Assembly: GCA_035544735.1 (NCBI GenBank)
Contig: DATKCD010000093.1
Span: 86 to 64,085, forward strand
Source: Thermoanaerobaculia bacterium
GTDB lineage: Bacteria > Acidobacteriota > Thermoanaerobaculia > Gp7-AA8
Direction of reading: 5' to 3'
Length of the DNA: 64,000 bases
In this document: piece after piece, positions 54,460 through 63,573 of the stretch
Numbering within the stretch: position 1 is the stretch's first letter
Layout: every line of letters begins with the position of its first letter
Made by a program: the position numbers and the translations under genes
The notes under the pieces: generated by a model
The model's input: only the letters and a program-made list of their open reading frames with translations
Told to the model about the DNA's origin: nothing
Databases searched by the model: none

Positions 54460-55704
54460 TTGGAAAAGCCTCGGGTCGTCATCACCGGCATCGGCATGAT
54501 CTCTCCCGTCGGGACCGGCACGGCGGTCACGTGGGAGAATCTGCTCGCCGGCCGCTCGGGGGTGGGGCGCATCACGCGCTTCGATCCCGGCGCGTACGAC
54601 TGCCAGATCGCCGGCGAGGTGCACGACTTTCAGCCCGAGCAGTGGATCGAGAAGAAAGAGCTGAAGAAGTCGGACCTGTTCATCCAGTTCGCGATCGCGG
54701 CGGCGCACATGGCGTGGGACGACTCCGGACTGGCCGTGGGAGACGCGGACCCGGAGCGCGTGGGCGTGGTGATCGGCTCCGGGATCGGCGGTCTTCCGGC
54801 GATCGAGGAGACGCACAAGAAGCTGCTCGAGCGGGGACCCGGGCGGATCTCGCCGTTCTTCATTCCGAGCCTGATCGTGAACCTGGCGGCCGGGCAGGTT
54901 TCGATCCGGCTGAAGGCGAAGGGACCGAACTCGGCGCCGGCGACCGCCTGCGCGACGGGAGCGCACGCGATCGGCGACTCGCTGGAGATCATCCGGCGCG
55001 GAGCCGCCGACGTGATGATCGCGGGGGGTGCCGAGGCGGTGATCACCCCGCTGGCGCTGGGGGGCTTCGCGGCGATGCGGGCCCTCTCCCGACGCAACGA
55101 CGACCCGGAGCACGCATCGCGTCCCTGGGACGCCGGCCGCGACGGGTTCATCATGGGCGAAGGAGCGGGGATCGTCATCCTCGAGGAGCGCGGGCGGGCG
55201 ATGCGCCGCGGCGCCCGCATCTACGCCGAGCTCGTCGGCTACGGCATGACCGCCGACGCCTACCACATCACCGCTCCCTCCGACGACGGCGACGGCATGA
55301 AACGCGTCATGAGCCGCGCCATCGAGGACGCCGGCCTCGCTCTCGAGGCCATCGAGTACATCAACGCCCACGGCACCTCGACTCCCATCGGCGACCGCGC
55401 CGAGACGATCGCCGTCAAGAACCTGTTCGGCGATCACGCGCGAGCCCTCGCGATCAGCTCCACCAAGTCGATGACCGGACACCTCCTCGGTGCCGCCGGC
55501 GGCCTCGAGGCCGGCATCACCGCGCTCGCCGTGCAGACCGGAAAGATCCCGCCGACCATCAATTACCAGAACCCCGACCCGGAGTGCGATCTCGACTACG
55601 TTCCGAACACGATGCGCGAGAAACCACTTCGCCACGCCATGTCGAATTCCTTCGGCTTCGGCGGCACCAACGCCACCCTCGTCTTCTCCCGCCACGAAGG
55701 CTGA
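54460..55704 (+). CDS. fabF: Beta-ketoacyl-ACP synthase II
   Basis: RVVITGIGMISPVG, active-site ATACATG, INAHGTSTP, GHLLGAAG, SNSFGFGGTNA. Confidence 0.97.
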   Translation: MEKPRVVITGIGMISPVGTGTAVTWENLLAGRSGVGRITRFDPGAYDCQIAGEVHDFQPEQWIEKKELKKSDLFIQFAIAAAHMAWDDSGLAVGDADPERVGVVIGSGIGGLPAIEETHKKLLERGPGRISPFFIPSLIVNLAAGQVSIRLKAKGPNSAPATACATGAHAIGDSLEIIRRGAADVMIAGGAEAVITPLALGGFAAMRALSRRNDDPEHASRPWDAGRDGFIMGEGAGIVILEERGRAMRRGARIYAELVGYGMTADAYHITAPSDDGDGMKRVMSRAIEDAGLALEAIEYINAHGTSTPIGDRAETIAVKNLFGDHARALAISSTKSMTGHLLGAAGGLEAGITALAVQTGKIPPTINYQNPDPECDLDYVPNTMREKPLRHAMSNSFGFGGTNATLVFSRHEG

Positions 55705-55786
55705 CTGCGATCTCCGGCGCGCAATAGTCACCCCATTCCGAGCTCCGCGGGTTTCGCTCCGCGGTCCGCCCGCCTTGCGCGCGAAG

Positions 55787-58561
55787 TTACGCCGCTTCGT
55801 CGCCGGAGGCCTCGCCGTCTTCGACCCCTTCATCGTCCGGGTCGTCGCGGCCGGGCGGCTCCTCGGGAGGCTCCTCCGGCGGCTCCTCCGGCGGCTCCTC
55901 GGGAGGAGGCGCCTTCGCGGGAGGCTCCACGGGCGGCGGCTCGGGCGGCTTCGGGCCAGCGGAGGGGGGCTCCTCGCGAGGCGGCTCCGGCTCGGGACGG
56001 CTCCCGGGTTCGGGGCGACCCTTCTCGTCCGGAAGCGGCGCGGGGAGTCGCACCGGAGGCTGAGTCGTCGTGACCGGCGGCGGTGGCGAAGTGCGCGTCG
56101 GGAAGTTTCCTCCTCCGAGGACCGGCTCCGGCCGCTCGCGAGTCTCGGTCGTAATGGGATCGGTGGTCGTGGGATAGGGATAGGGATAGGGATCGGGATA
56201 GGGATAGGGGTCGAGAGGATCGACGCCGAGCGGGAGGCCGTCGGGACCGAGGATCGGCATCCCGTAGGCGTCGACCAGGAAGGGCTCGCGGATCTGATGG
56301 ATGGGACAGGGGTGGCGCGGCTCGGTGCCCGCCTTGAACGCTTCGTCGACGAGCTGTCCGCGCGGACACTGAGGGGTCGACAGACCGCCGGTCGCCGCGT
56401 CGGTCTCGACGAAGACGATGCCGCGCGGCACGGGGAACTCGGAGCTCTCTTCCCGCTCCGTGATGTCGTTCATGAAGCGGGCCCAGATGGGGAGGGCTCC
56501 CTCCGAGCCGGAGACTCCGACCGGCGCGTTGTCGTCGAATCCGATCCAGGCGAGAGCGAGCGTGCGCGGCGTGAAGCCGACGAACCAGGAGTCGCGTTTC
56601 TCGTTGGTCGTTCCGGTCTTGCCAGCGGCCGTTTTGCGGAAGCCGAGGGAGCGGGCGCCGGCGCCGGTTCCGCGGTCCATGACGCCTTCCATCAGATGAA
56701 CGCCGAGGAAGACGTCGCGGGGGGGAAAGACCTGAACGGGAGTGATGTCGGTGTGGGAGACGGCGTCGCCGTTCTCGTCGCTGACCCAGCGGATCGCACG
56801 GAGCGGAAGGCGGGAGCCCATGCGGGCCATGGTGTTGTAGGCCTCGGCGATCTCGACGGGAGGGACTTCGACGGCGCCGAGGAGGATCGCCGGGTTGGCG
56901 TCGAGCTCGGAATCGATGCCGAGGGCGTTGGCGGTGCGGATCACGGACTCGACGCCGGTGGAAAGTCCCAGGCGGACGGAAGCGGAGTTCATCGACTTCT
57001 CGAGCGCCTGGCGGACCGTGACGACGCCGTAGTAACGCCCCTCGTAGTTTCCGGGCGACCAGTCCCTGGCGAAGCGGCGCTCGAGGACGAAGCGGGAGTC
57101 GTTGACCAGGGTTGCGGGGGTGATGTTCTGGTGGGAGAGGCTCGGCTCGAAGGCGGCGAGGTAGACGAAGGGCTTGAAGAGCGATCCGACCTGACGGCGG
57201 GCGCTCGTCGCGCGGTTGAACTGGCTGCGCTGATAGTCGCGCCCGCCGACGAGGGCGCGGATCTCTCCGGTGTCGACGTCGACGGCGATGATGGCGCCCT
57301 CGAGCGGCTGCTCCGCGCGGCGTAGCCGGCTCGAGGACTTCTCCAGGCGCGCGAGGCCATTCTCCAGTCGCCGCGCCGCCGCCGCCTGCCGGTCGAGGTC
57401 GATCGCCGTGTAGACGCTCAGCCCCCGCCCCTCGACCTCGTCGATCCCGTAGTCGCGCCGCAGCTCCTGCAGGACCCGATCGACGTAGAACGGGATCGAC
57501 CCGAGACCGCTCCCTCCGCGATCGGGCTTCTCCGGCAGCGGCTCTTCGAGCGCCGCCTCGAGCTCTTCGTCCGAGATCTTGTCCCGACGCGCCATCTGCT
57601 TGAGCACCGTGTCGCGCCGCTTCTTCGCCGCCTCCGGATCCTCGAACGGAGAAAAATTGTTCGGCGACGGGATCATCCCGGCGAGCAGCGCCGCCTCGGC
57701 GGCCGAGATCTCCGCAACCGGCTTGCCGAAATAGAACCTCGAGGCCTGCCCCACACCGAGAATCGAGATCGAACGATTCCTTCCGAGGTAGATGTCGTTC
57801 AGGTACGCTTCGAGGATCTCCTCCTTCGAGTATTTCGCGTCGAGAATCAGAGCCATGAACGCCTCGACGACCTTCCGCCGGAGCGTTCTCTCGTTGGTCA
57901 GGTAGTAGTTCTTGACCAGCTGCTGAGTCAGCGTCGATCCCCCCTCGGATGCGCTTCGGCTCCGCACGTTCCGGACCACGGCTCGGAGGACTCCGACCGG
58001 GTCGACGCCCGGATGCGAGAAGAAACGGGCGTCTTCCGCCGTCACCACCGCGTCGATCAGATGCTGCGGCACCGAGTCGAGCGCGACCGGGCTCCGGTTC
58101 TCGAGCTGCTCTCCCATGATCGAAGTGAGCAGCTCCGGCTCGAGCGACGCATCTCCCGCGCCCTCGGCCGAGCCGATCGACTCCCCCTCCATGACCAGCC
58201 GCACCACTTTCGCCTCCTGGTCCCCCGCCGGATGAGCGAAGGCGCGCAGGTGGATCTCCCATCCGTCGTCTCCCGTCCGGAACGTTCCCGGCCGGTCGAT
58301 CTCCTCCGACTCGCGGTAGCCGAGCCGGGCGAGCTTCTCGCGCAGCGCCTCACGCCCGATCGGCGACCCGGCCACCAGCGGAAGTCTGTCGGTGTAGATC
58401 CTGCTGGGAAGTGAGACCCGCCGGACCTCGAAGGTCCGAACCGCCTCGAGATAGACCCAGGCGGCCATCGCGATAATAGCGAGAGCGAGGATCAGGGTGC
58501 CGATGGCGACGGTCTGGAACACGCTTCTGCGGCTGGGGAGTCTCGGTGCGAAATCGGGCAT
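55787..58561 (-). CDS. Bifunctional penicillin-binding protein 1A family (GT51 transglycosylase + transpeptidase) with Pro-rich C-terminal tail
   Basis: EDARFFSHPGVD, GGSTLTQQL, RKVVEA (GT51). SLFKPF (SxxK), SMN, KTGTT (transpeptidase). Tail PYPYPDPYPYPYP...(EEPP)n. Confidence 0.95.
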   Translation of the reverse strand: MPDFAPRLPSRRSVFQTVAIGTLILALAIIAMAAWVYLEAVRTFEVRRVSLPSRIYTDRLPLVAGSPIGREALREKLARLGYRESEEIDRPGTFRTGDDGWEIHLRAFAHPAGDQEAKVVRLVMEGESIGSAEGAGDASLEPELLTSIMGEQLENRSPVALDSVPQHLIDAVVTAEDARFFSHPGVDPVGVLRAVVRNVRSRSASEGGSTLTQQLVKNYYLTNERTLRRKVVEAFMALILDAKYSKEEILEAYLNDIYLGRNRSISILGVGQASRFYFGKPVAEISAAEAALLAGMIPSPNNFSPFEDPEAAKKRRDTVLKQMARRDKISDEELEAALEEPLPEKPDRGGSGLGSIPFYVDRVLQELRRDYGIDEVEGRGLSVYTAIDLDRQAAAARRLENGLARLEKSSSRLRRAEQPLEGAIIAVDVDTGEIRALVGGRDYQRSQFNRATSARRQVGSLFKPFVYLAAFEPSLSHQNITPATLVNDSRFVLERRFARDWSPGNYEGRYYGVVTVRQALEKSMNSASVRLGLSTGVESVIRTANALGIDSELDANPAILLGAVEVPPVEIAEAYNTMARMGSRLPLRAIRWVSDENGDAVSHTDITPVQVFPPRDVFLGVHLMEGVMDRGTGAGARSLGFRKTAAGKTGTTNEKRDSWFVGFTPRTLALAWIGFDDNAPVGVSGSEGALPIWARFMNDITEREESSEFPVPRGIVFVETDAATGGLSTPQCPRGQLVDEAFKAGTEPRHPCPIHQIREPFLVDAYGMPILGPDGLPLGVDPLDPYPYPDPYPYPYPTTTDPITTETRERPEPVLGGGNFPTRTSPPPPVTTTQPPVRLPAPLPDEKGRPEPGSRPEPEPPREEPPSAGPKPPEPPPVEPPAKAPPPEEPPEEPPEEPPEEPPGRDDPDDEGVEDGEASGDEAA

Positions 58562-58594
58562 GGGTTCCCTTCTGTAGAGCCCGTGATCCGAAAT

Positions 58595-59446
58595 TCATGC
58601 CTGAACCGCGATCGCGAGGATCCGTCCCGCTCCGGCGCCGCTGCGACGATACGAATGGAAGATCGAGCCGTCACAGCGGGTGCAGAGGGCCGAATCGACG
58701 ATGTTCGCCCGATCGATCCCCCGCTGCTCCAGAATCCGGCGGGTCAGGCCCGCCAGGTCGAAATGGGGCCGCGGTCCGCGCGTTCGATCGACGAAAGGGT
58801 CCACCGAATCGTAACGGGCGGCAAAAGCCTCTACCACTTCGTCACCGACTTCGAAGCAGCAGGCACGGATCGCCGGACCGAGCCAGGCGCGGGCGCTCGC
58901 GGCGGAGAACGACGAAAGACGCTCGAGCTCGTCGAGTGTCCGCGGCACGACCCCCTGCGCGGCGCCTCTCCATCCCGAGTGGAGGTTCGCCAGAACGCGG
59001 TGCTCGGGATCGACCACGGTCACCGGAAGGCAGTCGGCGACCTTGATTCCGAGCGCCATGCCGGGACGATCGGTCCAGAGCGCGTCGCAGGTGCCGAGCT
59101 CCCGCCACCCGGTCGATGGACTCGCGGCAAAGACGAGCTCGGTCCCATGGACCTGCGTGCTGGTGACCAGTCCGATTCCAGCTCCCCACCGCCGCTGCAG
59201 GAACGTGGTCAGCGCGTCGAGGTCCTCCCCGGCGAGCCGACCGCTGAAATCGACCGAGGTGTAGAAGAGTCCGCATCGGTCGGGAAGCCGCGGGGCGAAC
59301 ACCACGCGCCCGAGGCCCGGAACCCTCTCGACGGACCACGGGGGCGTCTGGAGCGTCTGGAGCGTCTGGAGCGTCTGGAGCGTCTGGAGCGTCTTGGGCG
59401 TCTTGGGCGTCTTGGGCGTCTTGGGCGTCTCGGGCGTCTCAGGCAT
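58595..59446 (-). CDS. pgeF: Peptidoglycan editing factor PgeF (YfiH/DUF152, laccase-domain protein) with repeat-encoded N-terminal tail
   Basis: VHGTELV, ADCLPV, HSGWRG, CCFEVG, CTRC...FHSYRR. ATG at 59446 is preceded by AGGAGG 7 nt upstream. No other in-frame ATG occurs before the conserved core. Confidence 0.85.
   Translation of the reverse strand: MPETPETPKTPKTPKTPKTLQTLQTLQTLQTLQTPPWSVERVPGLGRVVFAPRLPDRCGLFYTSVDFSGRLAGEDLDALTTFLQRRWGAGIGLVTSTQVHGTELVFAASPSTGWRELGTCDALWTDRPGMALGIKVADCLPVTVVDPEHRVLANLHSGWRGAAQGVVPRTLDELERLSSFSAASARAWLGPAIRACCFEVGDEVVEAFAARYDSVDPFVDRTRGPRPHFDLAGLTRRILEQRGIDRANIVDSALCTRCDGSIFHSYRRSGAGAGRILAIAVQA
59344..59442. repeat. Nonamer array, 11 units (GCGTCTGGA x5, GCGTCTTGG x4, 2 variants), inside the pgeF 5' coding region
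   Basis: Read directly from the sequence. In frame it encodes PETPE(TPK)4(TLQ)5 on the minus strand. Confidence 0.9.
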
Positions 59447-59516
59447 CCGGGAGCCTCCTGGGTTCTGGGGCATCACATCACACATCGCACACGGCGTCCT
59501 GGGCCTCTACAGGTTG

Positions 59517-59588
59517 CAGACGCTCTGGACGCTCCAGACGCTCTGGACGCTCCAGACGCTCCAGACGCTCCAGACGCTCCAGACGCCC
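59517..59588. repeat. Nonamer array, 8 units (CAGACGCTC/TGGACGCTC), inverted relative to 59344-59442
   Basis: Abuts the stop codon (59589-59591) of the upstream DUF4388 gene. Positions 59546-59586 are perfectly complementary to the (GCGTCTGGA)5 run. Confidence 0.9.
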
Positions 59589-60413
59589 TCACGCCGTGCT
59601 GCGGAGCAGGGTGGCGATGTCGTTGCGGAGCTGCTCGGCGACGGCGGAGCCGCGGAGCAGGGCGGTGGTCTTTTCGAGCTCGCGGATCATCGCACGGATG
59701 GCGAGCGGACCGCTTCCCGAGCGGATCGCCTCGACGGCCGAGCCGAAATGCTTCTCGATCGATTTCGATCCGTTCGCGCCGATGTGCTGCTCGGCGACCC
59801 CGCGGATCTGCCGCGCCAGGTCGACCAGCGCTTCGACTTCGGTGTCGTCCGCTTCGGCGGGCGCCTCGTCGGCTTTCGAGCGCGTCAGCCCGACCAGCTC
59901 CGCGGTCAGCATTCCGTAGAGAATCTTCGCGGCCTCGAACGACGAGAGCTCGAGCGATTGCGCGATCCCGGCGACGCTCTGCTGCCCGTCGATGCGCGTC
60001 ACGAGCAGCCACTCTTGCGGATTGAGCGTGATCTGTTCGTGGCGGTTGTCGCGTGGGAGCAGGATCGGGATCATGTCGACCGAGGGGATCTTCCTCGACA
60101 ACACCTTCCATTCGTCGGCCCGCCGCGCAGCCTCCATCAGAAGGTTGGTGTTCGACCGGGTGATCGTCTGCTCGGTCGTCTCTTCGGTCTGGGCGAAGAC
60201 GAAGTCGCCCTCCTTCCAGATCGCCAGGGCGTAGACCGCTTCCTCCCCCGTCATCTCGCCGCTCTCGGCGTGAATGATCTGACCGTTGCGCAGGAAGATC
60301 AGCCCCTCTTCATCCCCTCGAGTCAGCGTGAACTTTCCGGTCTTGCCGGAAACGCTGACGAGCTGGATGATATCGGGAAGCGGAAGCTCCTTGAGCGAAC
60401 CCTGAAAGGACAT
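59589..60413 (-). CDS. DUF4388 (PATAN-type) domain protein
   Basis: MSFQGSLKELPLPDIIQLVSVSGKTGKFTLTRGDEEGLIFLRNGQIIHAESGEMTGEEAVYALAIWKEGDFVF, a textbook DUF4388 N-terminus. Start taken at ATG 60413. Confidence 0.8.
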   Translation of the reverse strand: MSFQGSLKELPLPDIIQLVSVSGKTGKFTLTRGDEEGLIFLRNGQIIHAESGEMTGEEAVYALAIWKEGDFVFAQTEETTEQTITRSNTNLLMEAARRADEWKVLSRKIPSVDMIPILLPRDNRHEQITLNPQEWLLVTRIDGQQSVAGIAQSLELSSFEAAKILYGMLTAELVGLTRSKADEAPAEADDTEVEALVDLARQIRGVAEQHIGANGSKSIEKHFGSAVEAIRSGSGPLAIRAMIRELEKTTALLRGSAVAEQLRNDIATLLRSTA

Positions 60414-60518
60414 TCGACTCCGTTGCATCGGGGCGGCTAATCCGCCCGATGTCGCTGAACCCAAACGATTTCCGAGCGACGACAACCTGAGGCAGCAAGC
60501 GTAGCGCATCCCCCCCCG

Positions 60519-60986
60519 TCAGTTCAAGACGAGCGGCTCCTGCTCGCGCGCGGCGTGCTCGATCCGATTGACGAGCCAGATCAGAGTCGCTGCGCCGGCG
60601 AGCAATCCGGTGCCGATGCGGAGCAGATTCGAGCTCTCCCGGAGCCCGGCCGCCTGCGAGACTCCGTCGAGTGCCATCGGGAGGACGGCGAGAAGGAGGG
60701 CGGCGGCGGGAATCGGGCGGCGGCGGAGCGGCGGGATCGCGAGCGCGAATGCGATTCCCGCGAGGCCGCCGAGGTAGAGGGCGAAACAGCGCGAGCAGAT
60801 CGGCATCACGACTCCCGCGAAGGGAAGCGAGCGCGAGTCGATGCCGTGACAGACGAGGCGGAAGGGAATCTCGATCCATTCCGGCGCTCCGGCGGCGCGG
60901 ACGAGCGTGGCCCCCACCGCCGCCGCCGGGACGATCCCGACGGCGAGCAGCAGAAGACCCGCAGCGATCCGCGTCGTCGCGCTCAT
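60519..60986 (-). CDS. DUF2085 family membrane protein
   Basis: Last 155 aa of ORF 60519..61463. Motifs CHGIDSRS and PICSRCFALYLG between TM helices. ATGA overlap with the upstream gene. Confidence 0.7.
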   Translation of the reverse strand: MSATTRIAAGLLLLAVGIVPAAAVGATLVRAAGAPEWIEIPFRLVCHGIDSRSLPFAGVVMPICSRCFALYLGGLAGIAFALAIPPLRRRPIPAAALLLAVLPMALDGVSQAAGLRESSNLLRIGTGLLAGAATLIWLVNRIEHAAREQEPLVLN

Positions 60987-61687
60987 CGCACTCTCGAGAA
61001 ACGGTACGTCTCCGCGAACGCGTACGCCGACACGAGCTGGCTCCAGAACGCCGTGAACACGACTCCGACGCAGAGAAGGATGATGCCGAACTGAGCGAGG
61101 AATCCGGCGACCAGGTAGATGACGATCGCCAGGACGTAGTTGACGGCGTTCTCGCGGACGTAGGCGAAGATCGTCGCGAACTCGAACGCGGCGCTGAAGC
61201 TCTGCCTCATCACCGCGAGCGTCAGCGCCGCCGGAAGGATCACGGCGATGACCAGGATGAGCCCGTACGTCAGGCACATCCCGAAGGTGAAGACCCCGCT
61301 CGCCAGCGCGCCCGCCGCATCGCTGTGCTCCGCCCCCGCCGCTCCGATGATCGCGGGGCCGACGATCATCACCATCATGATCAGGATGATCGGCGAGTAG
61401 TAGATCAGCATGATGGCGAAGAGCCTCACCCCCTCGCCGAAGTCCCTCCCCCACTGGTCCCACTCCGGCAGCGGGCGCGGCGCGCCCGCCGCGACGTTCC
61501 GCACGAAACGCGCGAGGTAGCCGAAGATGAAGAACATCCCGATGAGAACGAAGGCGAGCAGGTACATCACCCCGCCGATGAGAATCTTGCGGATCCAGTC
61601 GGGATCCTCGAACGTGAAGGAAAAGGGGCGGCCGAAATCGATGGTCTGGCGCGCGGCCGGAACCGGCGGCTGGTCGGTCATTGTCAC
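60983..61687 (-). CDS. DUF4013 family membrane protein
   Basis: FSFTFEDPDWIRKILIGGVMYLL...GYLARFVRNVAAG...LPEWDQWG, followed by multiple TM helices. Confidence 0.7.
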   Translation of the reverse strand: MTMTDQPPVPAARQTIDFGRPFSFTFEDPDWIRKILIGGVMYLLAFVLIGMFFIFGYLARFVRNVAAGAPRPLPEWDQWGRDFGEGVRLFAIMLIYYSPIILIMMVMIVGPAIIGAAGAEHSDAAGALASGVFTFGMCLTYGLILVIAVILPAALTLAVMRQSFSAAFEFATIFAYVRENAVNYVLAIVIYLVAGFLAQFGIILLCVGVVFTAFWSQLVSAYAFAETYRFSRVR

Positions 61688-61799
61688 CCTCCTGTGAAGC
61701 TCATTCTACAGGCACGTCGCGGGCGGCCGCTCTGGAACAAACCCTCATCGTGGAACCTTTACGCATCGAGAAGCGTCATTCCGTGCGGGGACTGCTCTG

Positions 61800-62750
61800 T
61801 TGGCCGGACCATTCCATTACCTCGAATCCGCCCCCGAGCCCGAGGGGACTGCCCTCGGCGTCGGCGTGTCGCTGACCCTCCACGTGGCGGCCCTTCTGTT
61901 CGTCTTCCTGCAGCTCACCGAGCAGCCGAAGGAGCAAGCCGAGCCGCTCCGCTTCGTGGAGCTCGTGCCTCCGGCGGCGATGGGGCCGGCCGCGATGGGA
62001 CTCCCGCGCTCGTTCGTCGAGGCGCCGGGGCCGGCGATCGAGGAGCCGGTCGCCCCCGGGGCTCCCCTTTCCGACGCGAACCGCCGCGCCTCCGCCCCCT
62101 CCGCGAGCGGACCCGAGCGCACGACCCGACCCGGCGACGGCTCGGGCAATCTCCACATCCCCGCCACCGGCGCCCCCGCCGCCCCCCGCCCCGCCGGCGA
62201 GACCGCGCGAGGCAACGGCCCGGTCGAGAATCTCGCGCCCGAGGAAGCGGGCGAGGCGCTGCAGTACCGGGTCGCCCCCGAGGGGGAAGGAGAATCGACC
62301 CGGCAGGTCGTCGCCGCCGGCCCGGACGTCGACTGGAACTCGGCGATCCGCGAAGCGGGCCGGGTCGTTCCCTCCGGCGAGGGAGGGCGGCTGGGGGGGG
62401 AGCTCGGGTTCGCCGAGAGCGGGCCGATCTCGTTCGAGTCGCAGTGGTACGACTGGGGTCCCTACGCCGCCCAGATGGTCGCGCGGATCCGCCTCCACTG
62501 GTACAACCACATGCCCGACATCATCCGAATGGGACTGAAGGGCGTCGTCGTGATCCGCTTCACGATCCAGCGCAACGGACAGATCACCGACATCGAGATG
62601 CTGCAGAGCTCCGGCGTCCCGCCGTACGATTTCGCCGCGAGGAAGGCGATCGAGCTCGCCTCCCCTCTCTCTCCTCTTCCGGCCGACTTCCCCCAGCCCT
62701 CCGAGCGCGTGACCGCCGGGTTCTACTACAACTCGACGCCTCCGCGTTGA
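61800..62750 (+). CDS. TonB-family energy transducer (C-terminal TonB domain)
   Basis: TTG start, so uncertain. TM helix LGVGVSLTLHVAALLFVF, Pro-rich spacer, C-terminal GVVVIRFTIQRNGQITDIEMLQSSGVPPYDFAARKAIE. Confidence 0.75.
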   Translation: MAGPFHYLESAPEPEGTALGVGVSLTLHVAALLFVFLQLTEQPKEQAEPLRFVELVPPAAMGPAAMGLPRSFVEAPGPAIEEPVAPGAPLSDANRRASAPSASGPERTTRPGDGSGNLHIPATGAPAAPRPAGETARGNGPVENLAPEEAGEALQYRVAPEGEGESTRQVVAAGPDVDWNSAIREAGRVVPSGEGGRLGGELGFAESGPISFESQWYDWGPYAAQMVARIRLHWYNHMPDIIRMGLKGVVVIRFTIQRNGQITDIEMLQSSGVPPYDFAARKAIELASPLSPLPADFPQPSERVTAGFYYNSTPPR

Positions 62751-62846
62751 TCCCTCCGAAATACGACTTCCGGCGCTCCGGTTCTTGACCCTGCAGAACG
62801 CGCAATGCTACGGTTCGCCGTCGCGTGACGCGCGCCGCAGATCCCC

Positions 62847-62922
62847 GGGGCCGTAGCTCAATTGGGAGAGCGCCTGAATGGCATTCAGGAGGTCGTCGGT
62901 TCGATCCCGATCGGCTCCACCA
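62847..62922 (+). tRNA. tRNA-Ala (anticodon GGC), CCA encoded
   Basis: Hand-folded cloverleaf. Acceptor GGGGCCG/CGGCTCC with the G3:U70 Ala identity pair. D arm gctc-aattggga-gagc. Anticodon arm cctga-atGGCat-tcagg. T arm gtcgg-ttcgatc-ccgat. 76 nt. Confidence 0.95.
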
Positions 62923-62940
62923 GCACCGCAACCTTCAATG

Positions 62941-62969
62941 AAAACGCCGGCGAGCCCGCCGGCGTTTTT
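62941..62969. terminator. Bidirectional intrinsic terminator
   Basis: aaaa-cgccggcg-agcc-cgccggcg-ttttt. Lies 19 nt after the tRNA and 25 nt after the stop of the convergent gene at 62994. Confidence 0.75.
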
Positions 62970-62993
62970 CACGTCGTGATCCCGGTTCGCACC

Positions 62994-63395
62994 TCATGCG
63001 GCCGGGCGGCCGCTGAGGGAGCTGGGGGCATCGGGGTTGGCGCCCCGGTCGACGCCGAGGCGGTTGACCAGCTCTCCACCGAGCCAGCCGGTCACCCCGG
63101 CGAGAAGGAATGCCGCGCCCGAGATCACGATCGCGATCGGGTTCGCGAGCTCGGGAGCGTCCCACCGGAGCAGCCAGCTCATCGCGAACAACACGAGCAC
63201 CACGACGTTTCCCGCACCGTGCAGCATCGCGACTCGCTTCGCCCGGGTGCGCGGCGGAATCGTGAAGTAATCCATCACCCCGAAGACCGCGGCCAGAAGG
63301 CCCGAGACGATCCCGGCCAGGATCATGTACCACGCCGCCAGGCTGAGCGCCGGCATTCCCGCGAACAGCGCGATCAGATCGAACAGGAACGACAT
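62994..63395 (-). CDS. DUF2231-like membrane protein
   Basis: Trimmed to MSFLFDLIALFAG. Four hydrophobic helices and MLHGAGNVVVLVLF. The family call is from memory of the pattern. Confidence 0.55.
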   Translation of the reverse strand: MSFLFDLIALFAGMPALSLAAWYMILAGIVSGLLAAVFGVMDYFTIPPRTRAKRVAMLHGAGNVVVLVLFAMSWLLRWDAPELANPIAIVISGAAFLLAGVTGWLGGELVNRLGVDRGANPDAPSSLSGRPAA

Positions 63396-63573
63396 CGCGA
63401 GCACTCCGGGGGCAGCGGGATGAGCATCTGATGGATCGGGTGTCCGAACAGCTTCATGGCTCCCTCCTGGCGGTGTGTCGTGCAACACGGGGGGCCGGGC
63501 AGATGAAGGTCAGACGCATCCGCTCCTCCCCGGGGGCCGATAACAATCTGCCCGATTTCGGCGTCCTGGAGCG

